From NCBI GenBank assembly GCA_001929475.1, contig LXFE01003781.1, forward strand, positions 1 through 38,427: 38,427 nt of DNA, given 5' to 3'. Of this stretch, positions 27,101-38,427 are shown in pieces; the stretch's first letter is position 1, and every line of letters begins with the position of its first letter. Under the pieces are notes generated by a model. The model was not told where the DNA came from and searched no databases. It was given only the letters and a program-made list of their open reading frames with translations. The position numbers and the translations under genes are program-made. The DNA comes from Neolecta irregularis DAH-3 (Eukaryota).

Positions 27101-28304
27101 GCAGACCTCGATGATTCCACATCGGACAGTATAAGACTATTTTTCAGCAATAGGGAGTCAACAAACTACTTCGCTGTCGAGATGTTTGATAAGAAGTGTC
27201 ATTTGTTTATTGACCAGGTTTGGAAGGAGTTCTGAGAGCTTGGCCAGAAAGGACGCAACATACTTTGGGCTTTTTGTGTCTGTACTGCTGAATTCTTTGC
27301 AGCTCAGTTCGCTAGCGTATGAGAAGAGATTGCGGAGAGCATACCGAAGAATGTCATCTGTCAATTGCGGGTAGTCGTACTGTTCAATGAGGATCTGTAG
27401 AAACTCGGCCATGTATTCGGGCAGATGTTCGAAATACAAGAGTGCTTGCACGATACAAGTTTGGGCACCTCATTGTTGGTATGAGTAGAAGAAGGAGAAT
27501 ACCAAATGCGTGCCCGTGGTGTTTGATGGCAATGCCGAGGACTTTGAAGACGCGCATGCGGATGGCCACAGTCTTGATTAGGGTCTCGCTTTCTGTGAGA
27601 AAGTAGAGCGGGCGGGTGGCTAGACTGGGGATTTAATATTGTACATGAGACATGAAACTGAGAGTACCTGACTAATGTGTCTCTCTCGGCGCTGGTTTGC
27701 CACACTTTTGCAAGTTTGAGATTGAGCAGTCTGCACAAAACGTCGAGTGCCGTTTGGATATGTGCTGCACTGTCCCAATGGCTTTGGTCGCGGTTTGTCG
27801 CCGCGGATCTGCCTTTTGCGCTTCGCTGTCTGGTATGGGCGGCTGTAGATGACGATTTCGCGGGTGAAGATTCATAAATAATCCATTGCAACAGGAAACA
27901 AAGTAGCTCGATGGTGGAGCGGTGCGCGGAAAGAGCATCGATATTGTCGTGAGTAAGATCTGCAGCAAGCAATTCTGTTTGCGCACTCAAACTCGATACA
28001 ATGACATGGACAAGTTTAGTCTTGAATGCCGCATCGAGAGCTGCGAAAGATCTGCGCGGATCAGTGGTTAAGTCGCACTATTTGCACACTTGAGCAGCGC
28101 AATCAAAACATCGAGATGCGAGGCAACAGCAGCAGGTGCGTCTGCGAGTGCATCGACAGTTTCTGTAGCTGTATCAGTAAATGAATACATGAAAATAAAA
28201 ACACCGTCAAGACGCGAACTTGCTTCGTCGGCGTCTAATGCAGATGGAACAGATGCGCGGTCGGCAAGAAATGCAGGCAGCAGCACATCCAGGCAGGAAG
28301 ACAT
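24190..28304 (-). CDS. YCS4: Condensin HEAT subunit Ycs4/Cnd1/CAP-D2, multi-exon
   Basis: LEDKSSNVRRN; MVGGTTEDDF; RSNIVIALGDM; LMTLTFLILAGQVKVKGQLGEMAKCLED. Confidence 0.93.
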
Positions 28305-28391
28305 CAATTGAAAAGAGTGCAGAATCAATATTGGGATCAATTGCAGATCAACAATTATGGAGGTGACTCCCGAATCGCCCCGCCCTTTGCC

Positions 28392-30045
28392 ATGGTCACC
28401 TCCTCGCGCGACTCTGTTCCCTCAGACGGCAACGAACCTTTTTCTGACGATCTCAGTTCAGATTCAGAAGATTATGGGCCAGCAACTTACCGTCGTCCTC
28501 CGCCAGCAATTGCTCACCAAGAACCAATCCATGACTCGCATAGCTGCAACGACGATGACGATAATGACGACGACCAGGAGCAGGAATCCTCAGAGGACGA
28601 GGATATTTCGGTTGCAGTATTGGCTGAAATCGACCAGATTAATTCCGCCTTCCATGGCTTCAAAACTAAATACAAACTCATTAATCGCATCGGCCAAGGT
28701 GCATTTCGCTTAATTACAAACGCTAAAAGCAAAGGAACATTCAGTTCAGTTTACAAAGCCGAGGATCTCTGCTATGGACAACACAATAACGACTGGGACC
28801 TGTTTGGCCCGACCCTCCAACCCCAACCCTCATCTCCCGCTAGAAAAAAACTAAAATTCGCCGGCAGAAACAAAAAACATAAACTCAATTACGTCGCCGT
28901 GAAAAAGATTTACGTCACAAGTGGACCCGCACGGATATATAACGAACTCGAAATCTTGCATGACTTGAAGTATCCCTCCTTCAAAACACGTTCTGATCTC
29001 AAAGAGGAAGTAATAAAGTTGTCCCATTAATCACAGCGCTTCGTCATCAAGATCAGATCGTCGCAATATTACCCTACTTCAAACACACAGACTTTCAAGA
29101 ATACTATCGAGATCTTTCCCTAGACGATATTCGCATTTACTTTCATTCCCTATTTAAAGGTCTCCAACATGTACATTCAAAGGGAATCATCCATAGAGAC
29201 GTCAAACCAAGGTATGCAACATCCAACCGTCAGACTGACCCGTGAGTAATTTTCTGTACGATCCAATCGCCAAGAACGGCGTCCTCGTAGACTTTGGACT
29301 CGCCGAAGTATATCCCTCCTCTCACAATACTAACCTCAGCGCGAGAGACACGATTCTAAATTGTCCTGGTGCCGATGTTACCACGGAGGAATATCAGCAA
29401 CACGGTCAATTGCTATTCCGGAAGACAAACCAGGCTACCTCCGCAACGATACCAGGTAGACCTCTTTTTATCTACCCAGTCTCATTGCTAGACCGGGAAT
29501 TCGAGCTAATCGAGCTGGAACAAGAGGATTTCGAGCCCCAGAAGTTCTTTTAAAATGCACAAGCCAGACATCCAGTTCGTTCCCCCTTTCCTCACCCAAT
29601 GTAACTCTAAACAGAACTCGACGTCTGGTCAGCAGGTGTGATTTTTTTATCAATACTAGGTGAACGTTTCCCCTTTTTCCATTCCAGCGATGATATCGAC
29701 GCGTTGCTTGAAATCGCCGCTATATTCGGCAAAACCAAAATTAAAAAAGTGGCTCATCTTCACAGTCAGTTTCTCCCCAAATCTTCTTTTTAATAAACTA
29801 ATAACTTTCCAGATCGTAGTTTTGAAACGAGTATCCCGTCGATCAACGATACTGCTATAAGTTTTCTTAAACTTAAACGATGGTGTAAAAATGAACATCA
29901 GGGAAGTAAAGAACGCGTCGAACCGGCTGCTGAAGAAGCACTTGCCTTGGGTTTTCTTGCGAAATGTATGGAGCCGGATGTTAATTTGCGGGTTAGTGCA
30001 ACTGAGGCATTGGAGCATTCGTTCTTTATGGGATTGGAACGTTAG
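28392..30045 (+). CDS. CDC7: Cdc7/Hsk1 kinase, multi-exon
   Basis: IGQ|GTFSSVYKAED; VAVKKIYVTSGPARIYNEL; HRDVKPSNFL; LVDFGLAE; RANRAGTRGFRAPEV. Confidence 0.95.
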
Positions 30046-30694
30046 ATTGAGATTATCTTGCATTTGGTAAAGTGCGGTTCTTGTTTTGTAAAACTTTTTT
30101 GTATGCATGTCGATTAGTGTCTTCGGCTTTCAACCCGGTGTTAAATCATATTCATGCATTCTTTGCGGGTCTTGATGATTGTTACTTATGATGGGTTTTC
30201 AAGCACATACGATTAATTAGAACGTCATTTAGCACGAAGCAATCCTGTCTATATAACCCTTTATAAACATGAATGTTTGCTAGTAATAGACAATACTTGA
30301 ATTGAATTTCGACAACCCACCTATCGGGAAATTTACAGAAGATTAATTCTATTCTTAAACTAGATATCGAAATAAATACACACCCAACATGTCACAAATA
30401 CTGAGATCCTTTTGTTATATATCCCTAAGAACCAAAATAATTTCTAACTTTTAATGCCAGTAAATAGCGATAATAACAATATTCTTGGTCTGAAGGCGGG
30501 TGGGCGGGCAGATAAAACCAATCGTCTTCTGCAGAAATTTTCAATTTACAGAGTCTGATACGAAGAGTGCTCTGGCGGGCGGGCGGTTGGACACACTGAC
30601 TGAATGTAGATCAGTGCTGACAGGCCGTATGCCATGATTTGAGTATATATTCATTCAGAACGTCAATTAGTATTCATATCTACCTCTACATTGT

Positions 30695-30781
30695 GGTGCC
30701 GCCCTCTATGATTATATTCCCGGGTGACGGTGGTTATCACGAATGGCTGTGGTGGATCTAGTTCGATTCTCATTCGCACCA
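30695..30781 (+). ncRNA. tRNA-like structured element with Pol III A/B-box-like motifs (not a canonical tRNA)
   Basis: GTGA-CGGTGGTTA-TCAC D-arm-like hairpin, B box GTTCGATTC, GGTGC...GCACCA termini; the T stem does not pair. Confidence 0.35.
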
Positions 30782-31159
30782 AAAACATTGTTTCTGAATC
30801 GTCTTGTCTCGCAGATTCTTTTGTTGTCTCGTTTTAATATCAAATCGTCTTCCTAAGCTGAATCGGATGACCTAGATAATCAAATGAAAACATTCTTGTC
30901 ATTATGAAAGCATTCTTTTAAGGATGACTTGTGTCATAGATAAATATAAACGATGAACCTAACATAGATGTTGAATCCTGGAAGTGAATCTGAGTACACA
31001 AATATGGTAGGGGGGACACTATGTTGCGTGATCAGCATGTTTACAACTTTACGCTTTCGTTAACGAGTTTATCATACAACATGAGCTAGGCGAAAGAGAA
31101 AGAAAACCTGACAATCTTGCAGCATAAACGAACCCCCCAAACCCGTACCATCCAAACAA

Positions 31160-31723
<564 letters not shown>

Positions 31724-31913
31724 TTATAGAGAGTGGCAGGAGGACTGGATCATTTTAGGGGCGCCCATAATTAGCGGCCTTTACCGCGTTTTCGTGTCGC
31801 GCTTGATCTGTCGCCGCCGCCGTTTCCCTATAAAGAGACCTCGCCCTCCACCCCAGCGGTTTCGCCCAACTCCTCCATCCATCTTCCCTCGTCTATCTGC
31901 TCAAACACTCACC

Positions 31914-32365
31914 ATGCCTCCTAAATCCGAGAAGAAACCCACTACCGCCGGAAAGGCTCCTGCCAAAGGTCCCTCTGCCGAAAAAAAGGAAGCCGCGAAG
32001 AAAACTGCCCCTGTTGGCGAAAAGAAGAAGGTCAGGAAGAGTCGTAAAGAGACCTATTCATCCTATATCTACAAAGGTAGCTTTCTCCTGTTTGAAGTAT
32101 TTGACCCATAATAGTTCTCAAACAAGTCCACCCGGACACTGGTATCTCCAACAAAGCTATGAGCATCCTCAATTCTTTTGTCAACGACATCTTTGAGAGG
32201 ATCGCCGGCGAGGCGTCTAAGCTCGCATCCTACAACAAGAAATCTACTATCTCTTCTCGAGAGGTTCAGACCGCAGTTAGGCTCATTCTCCCAGGAGAGC
32301 TCGCCAAGCATGCCGTCTCTGAGGGTACAAAGGCCGTTACCAAATACTCCGCCGCAGCCAAGTAA
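31914..32365 (+). CDS. HTB1: Histone H2B, 2 exons, divergent from H2A
   Basis: [42 protein letters not shown]. Confidence 0.97.
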
Positions 32366-33651
32366 GGCATGTGTCGTTCCCTTTGGAAATTTCTTCGCTT
32401 TTCCTTTGTATCAACTTAAATATGCGGCGAAAGTTCTTACTGTTTTTCTGTCCTCGGGTCGGGTGGTCTTTTTGTCATTAGTTCTTGTACATTAGTCTAC
32501 GCTGCTCCATGTTCAATGATACATTTATTGAATAATGAGCATGCCTCTACATTAACATGACATTTAGGACAGTTGTTCGGCGTTCAGTCGATCTCCTGTA
32601 GATGAGGAAATTGCCAAACGTCATCCAGTACCAAGCATCCTTCGGGTGTCATTATAGAGAATTTGAAATGGTTTAGCAAGGATCATAGTTAGCGTCTGCG
32701 CCTTTCTAATTCGGTGGCTCAAAACCAGCCGCAATTACCAGCAAATCATGATTCCTAACAATCCCAATCCTGAGGTTGAGGCACGCGCTTTTCACTATCA
32801 TGTTCTCGTGATTGTTTAGGACTCCAGAAACATCTGAGGGTTTTCTCTCCCTAGTATTGCTATTAATGGAACAAAATAGGGGAGATGGGGCTCAATGATC
32901 ATTGGACATGCTTAACAAACCTGAGATGATTTTGAATGAGCTCGCTCAAGCTTGATTTTATGTACTAAGAATACACATTTGTTCATAACTGATCGTCTTA
33001 TCATTAATCGAGACTCTGGAAATGTTTCTGAAACTTGTTAAATCAGTATAGAAATATGCAGGTAAATGCAAAGCCTCCTCCAAGTCTAGCTTCCTTCTCT
33101 AGGCACGAAATGGAAGATATGATGAGGATGCCGTTGAATAGAAAGTCATCTTGACAATCATTCTGTCAAACTTTGGAAGACAAATTCACCCTCCAAGGTA
33201 GAAGAGTTTTCTCAAGAAAAACCACAACGCTACATAATCAGATAAAGATTGTTTGCTCTGCAGTGCTTCAGTTGATTCCATTCAGACACATGCGTTCGTG
33301 ACTAAATTTCTCGAAAAATAATAAAAAGGGGAAACCCCTAGAAATAATGTTATCACTCATAAAAACACTATTGATCAAACGAATAGGCCGAGGGCTAGCG
33401 TCGAAAGCATTCGATTTATATCTGGAGAGTCAAACAGTGATAAATACCCAACCCGACTTTTGAAACAGTTAGGAAACAACGAGTTATGGCGCCTAATCCA
33501 TTGAATATGTGCCCTCAGACATTTTAGTGATTTAATTTGCCTCATCGGAATATACAACTCAATGACTGTAGAAGATACAGTTTAGAAAAATAATATGCCC
33601 TGAAATGTTCCCACAAACTCAATCGACCATGGACACCATACCCAAGCGCAT

Positions 33652-35315
33652 CAATCGGAAAAGTCAAAAGTTTCGGGTTTTTCTTTCTCGGGTACTAATA
33701 TAGGTTCCTCATAATAAGCAAGGTTTAGATGCTCATAGTCATACCTCTACTACTGCGTGGCCTGTAATTTTATCCGGATTGTCATCTTCATGGTTAATAA
33801 TTGCGATAGTTCTCCGCCTTCTCTTTGAAATTCAGCTAAAAGCACAAAACAAGGTCCTACCTTCCCAACTCTGATAACCGGAAGTTCCTCATCATCAATT
33901 GGACTTTGTTCTCTTTTCTTCACAAGTTCTTGTTTTTCGAGATGTTCGCAAGCTTTCCACCATTCTCCAGGCGGATGGCTTTTTCGTCTTTCTCCAGTCG
34001 GGAGTTCCCAATATGGGCCAATTGCGTATGTTTTCGGGATTTGGATAATCGTTTTATGAAAATCCTTTTCTGACTTGTCTAAGTTCCGTTTTGGGAAAGC
34101 ACGTTGATTGATTGTTTTTTTCAGTCTTTCAGTGATTGGTAACCCAACAGTTCGCGTACATCGAGAGATCTTTGACTTGGCCGTTTGTGGAATTTTCATC
34201 GATGATACATCTTTCTTAACTGGTACTTCAATAGGACTTTGAAAGGGCTTTTCGTTTTTATGTTCTAGCAGAGGCGGTGGCACCTGTTGCGGTGAGGATG
34301 ACAATGGCGGAGAAATCGGATTTCTGATTAATCGATTAGAGTGCCTTCGTGGAATTCTTGACGAGCCTTTTTCAGGATCAAACAGACATGTCGTATTCAC
34401 TGGAGTCTTTTCGACTGGTGTTCGTGCTATACTTGATGTGAAAACATCGCCAGATTCATGAATGACGGGTTCTTCAGCAGCCATGAATTCAGTTAAAATC
34501 TCGACGGGGCGATCTTTAGAAGCTTGGTCTTCGACGTCCACACATTGTGGAGAAATTGCATAATTTAAATCGTCCAAAGCTTGTAGACGACCATGGCAGC
34601 AAGTATCTGCTGGTTGATTCACCTGAGAATCAGGAAGAGTCGGTTTATCATTTGACTCTTGATAATTGGATTCCTTTTGATTTGACTGTGGGCTCATAGT
34701 CGAAATGCCCTCTGAAACTGACTGAACATGCAACTGAACAACGGGTTCATCATAACTCGCTACCTTTGGCTTTCTGGGAAACTTGACTCCTTTCACCGTT
34801 CCGATCGTTTGCTGGAGCGGATGAAGTAGCGTCGCCTTCTCCGATAAAGGATTCTTCGTAGAATGAATTGCTTTATAGGGAGTGAGCAGATTCATCGTCC
34901 TGTTGGGGGTTTTCGAGATAGTTTGAAACGTTTGATTGACGAACTACACGATTGAGTGCATTGATGATGTAGATCGGTACCTGTGGCATAGGACTTGTAA
35001 GAAATAGATGCTCAAAGTTCTTTTGTCGCACGTTCTTTGAACTCTCATTATCAGCCCATAGATTCGCCCTCAAGATCACACCAATGGAGTCGATTTCGAT
35101 AGTATAGTTGAATTCACACCACTTTGATTGGTTGCAATTGGCCGTTGTATGTTATTGATTGCTCTGCCAAATCCTGTCGAAGAAACCGGCTGATCCAGAT
35201 TCGAAGGACCAGGTTTGTTCCATTTCCGAGTGCCGGATGAGGAGGAGAATTTTGGCACGGGTGAACGCAAGGCAATGTCCTTTTCAAAGAGGCCTTGGTT
35301 GTTGATCTGAGGCAT
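33652..35315 (-). CDS. Hypothetical disordered S/P-rich protein with a CENP-C-like RRxxxPPxxWW motif; 3' end uncertain
   Basis: Three ORFs are joined in frame by short introns; RRKSHPPGEWWK; last exon(s) inferred. Confidence 0.6.
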
Positions 35316-35376
35316 TTCGTTGGTTGAAATTCGAGGTTGAGATTAATTAACTCAAAATCATGCCTCCATCAGAAAC

Positions 35377-36794
35377 ATGCCTCCGCCACGCAGCGCAAAG
35401 ATAATAAAACAACGAGAACAGAGCTTTGATGATACCTTTTCGCTTGCTGTAAAAACTGAAGAAAGCGCGGAAAAATGGGTGACGCGGGATGAACCCAAGG
35501 TAATTTTTGTTGTTATCTCTTCTGATCTCGATAAGGCACAAAGATTCTTTATTCAAGCTATCGAATTATATCAAAAATGCTGCAAATTGCTGCCATTGGA
35601 TTTCGATTCTCTGTACAATTTGTATCTGGCCATTCATTAGCTGTCTATTAATGAAAAAGAGCTCGGGCTCACTTCGGTCTCTCTCAGCTCAAGCTTAACT
35701 CCCCCGAAGAGCAATCGGGAATCCTTGAATCCGCGATATATCTGCACCGAGCAGCCATAAAGCTCCAGGAGCACACAGATGCTGTCTTCAATCTTGCGGG
35801 TTGTCTTTCATCATTAGCCGAAGCTGTTGAAGAATGTGGAGATTTCAGCCGTTCTCGAGCGCTCCTTCTCGAATCAATTAGTCTATTGGAAAAGTGCCTC
35901 TTCATGCAAGAGAAAGAAATCAACTCAAGATCAATCACTGCAGATCAATCGGAGGATGATGTTCAGATTGCTGGTGATCACGATGGGGGAGACGAGAAAA
36001 TGGAATTAGAACAAACTGCTACGATTATCGAACCAATTACTTCAGATGCATTATTAGATACCATTCTTGCACTTGTCGAGTCAAGGTGCCGGCTATTGAC
36101 TCTAAATCATCGTACAAACCGACTGGATTCCCAGGATCTTCAATATCCTGACTTAACTCTGCTTAACAAAGTGGAGATATTATCTCAAGAAACAAGTCGA
36201 ACTGACGAATATCATCTCGCAAGAGCTGAATTATTATCATATAGAACCCTACTCCAACTCTACTCGCAGCAAGGTACACTGGAAGTCGTGGATCAAGCAA
36301 TCAAGCTCTTCGACCTCCCTCACAATTCAGTACCAGCACAATGCAACAAGGCTGATTTCCTTGTCGATCTATCCAACTACCTAGCATCAAATGGGAGCCC
36401 TGCCAAATCTTGGACATATCTTGCCGCTGCTGCTACTTCGCTCAAGTTTGCTACTGCTTCGAAACCGACTATATTTGCCTTATGGGAGACCTCGGGAAAT
36501 GTAGAGTTACTGAGGGCAAGGTTGGCGATAGAAGCTTCAACACGAAACATAACTACTTTATTGAAGAATGCAAAAGTCTTCTTTCAATACGCCATTGATC
36601 ACTGCAAAGTGGAACGTCTTTCTACGAATTTGAAAGTCAAGCTAGCGATGATTCTTGTAGAGCTTGCAGATCCAAAAAGCATGGAGATATTGTCGGGCTT
36701 TAGCCAGAATAAATCTCTATTAGAGAGGATCGTGTTGGATTCGATTCAGGAAGGCTTATTTCCAGCAGATATGTACAATACATTCATGGCCTAA
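35377..36794 (+). CDS. Conserved fungal TPR-like helical repeat protein (UPF0656-like), 3 exons
   Basis: EESAEKW...KAQRFFIQAIELY...FDSLYN|LARAHF; DAVFNLAGCL. Confidence 0.75.
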
Positions 36795-37968
36795 CCACTT
36801 CAATCCAAGGTCCATCTCTCGTTTGTTGCCCGCCTCGCCAACCAGCGGCGATACAATAATGATTGGAGATCAAAGTCCATTCTTCCAACTCATCTAGCAT
36901 TTCAAGTTTCGATATCCTAACAATAAGTTATAGCTTCTAAATTATTGGGGCTACCTCTGAATTTCTTTCTCGCCAATCCACCTTTCAAGTGCAAAGTTCA
37001 CATTCACTGCCATTGCATCTGGAATGCCAAAACTCTCAATTCTCTTACGCTGCGCTTCGAGAGTTGCGTACTTTTGCAGTGTTTTCAAAATGATTCCTCT
37101 AGCCTAGGTATTTCAATTAACTGAGATTCGGAAAGCGGCACGGACAGCTAAATTACGAATCATCATTTTACCGAATGAATCATTTCCCTCAATAGGTTCA
37201 TATAGCACTATCCCAAGATCAGCTTCTTGAAACCGCGAAGTTATCCATGTGAAGACCCTGTCGGCCGATTCAGGTTCGAGATAAATCAGACAGCATTCAG
37301 ACAAGACAATGGTGGGAAGATTAATATCGAGATTAGGGAATTTTGTTTCTGACGTGAAATCTCTCAAGTCAAATGGATGGATATTAAGAGACTGGGACAT
37401 TAACGTTCCGGGCTTCACGTCTTTCTCTTAAGCAAGTATTGCGTCCGCGACATACTGATCTCTGGTGGAGTGTCAAAGATTGACATCAGACCTGGAGTCT
37501 GTCTTATTGTATACACTTTCCGTCTAGTGACATCTGCAAAGTCAATTTCATGGTAACGAATGTTCTTGGTTTTGTAGCGAACCTAGATATGTAAATGAAA
37601 TGAAAAATGAAAAATTGCTCGCACTTTCAAGTTGAAGAATCTTGTGTCTGAGCCAGCACCTAATGATACGATTTGGCATAATTGCTCATCCGTATAACTT
37701 TCCAGAAATCTCCCAATCAGGTAATCAATTGCCTTTGTCCGAACATAAGTTCCTTGGTGGATTTGTCTCAGTTCATCTCTCAAAGCAGTGGGTATTTATT
37801 CGCACCTCTGTTTATAATGGGACTTTTCCTACTCACGGCCCTTTTTGTCCTAGCAAAATACTGCCCAAAGGGGTCTTCGAGATATCCCAGGTTCGCTGCT
37901 GATATCCTGGCGTCAAGAGCGTCATCGTCTGTCCGCTGAATTGCCTTTTCAGATTCAATAAAATCCAT
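36784..37968 (-). CDS. PPM1: Leucine carboxyl methyltransferase 1 (PP2A methyltransferase), multi-exon
   Basis: AIQRTDDDA..SAANLGYLEDPF; PIINRG|TYVRT; QIVSLGAGSDTR; LSECCLIYL; MLDELEEW..HYC. Confidence 0.93.
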
Positions 37969-38361
37969 GGGAATTTATTTTAGGGTGGGCTCGGATCGCA
38001 CCAAATTTCATAAAATGTGGCTTTTAAAAAATTCGAATTTTAGGCGCGCATTTGGTGCACTCCACAGTTAAATTCCAATTTTAAGCCTGCATTGTACTAA
38101 CAATGCATCCAACAACAAATGACCAGAGCAAAATGCAATGAGTTGTTGCTTTTGAACTAGTATCCTTTTTTGTAACTCCACATAGTCCATTGGAAAGTGT
38201 ATATATGTTGCACAGACAGCAATTTTACGACGATCTGTTCAGTGTCACACGACCCGCGACGAATCTTTGGAGCAGAACACGAGCCAGTCTTGCCCGCCTC
38301 GCCCGTCCCGCCTGCTCTCCCGTCCTGCCTGCCTATCTCGCTCTCCGACCCGCCCGTGCCT

Positions 38362-38427
38362 CCTCTCCCATCCCTCCTGCCTCTCCCATCCCTCCTGCCT
38401 CTCCCATCCCTCCTGCCTCTCCCATCC
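38362..38427 (+). repeat. 18-bp tandem repeat (CTCTCCCATCCCTCCTGC) x ~3.6 running off the window end
   Basis: Exact units start at 38363, 38381, 38399 and 38417 (partial). Confidence 0.92.

Noticed and set aside
30250..30265. TAACCCT as a telomerase RNA template
   Set aside because: Too short, followed by TT rather than AA, and with no supporting structure.
30695..30781. Functional tRNA-His(GTG)
   Set aside because: The T stem and the acceptor/D-arm spacing do not form a cloverleaf.
38362..38427. Telomeric repeat
   Set aside because: The C-rich strand points toward the right end (wrong polarity), and there is no TTAGGG-like core.

Overview
Very compact, intron-rich fungal genomic window, inferred to be ascomycete and probably Taphrinomycotina-like; complex I genes argue against Saccharomyces and Schizosaccharomyces. 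It holds about 21 protein-coding genes: SMC6 (5'-truncated at a 10-N gap), DHH1, a CTP1-like mitochondrial carrier, NDUFAF3, an NYN/PIN-like protein, an orphan ORF, COG6, ATG9, a SAS2-like MYST acetyltransferase, RPL28, NDUFB9, KGD2, LRO1, MAK3, condensin YCS4/Cnd1, CDC7, a divergent H2A/H2B pair, an orphan with a CENP-C-like motif, a TPR-like protein and PPM1. Gene identities come from my recognition of protein motifs, and exon boundaries were inferred by hand. The most notable signals are: (1) very short, uniform introns (32-43 nt in those counted) with degenerate donors and several reading-frame-forced GAG acceptors; (2) a TA-flanked 91-bp inverted-repeat element; (3) a tRNA-like, Pol III-box structured element in a 1.1-kb gene-free gap; (4) tail-to-tail overlapping CDSs and tiny divergent promoters; (5) bases 1-171 duplicating 36049-36219. 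I found no clearly new multi-gene system.
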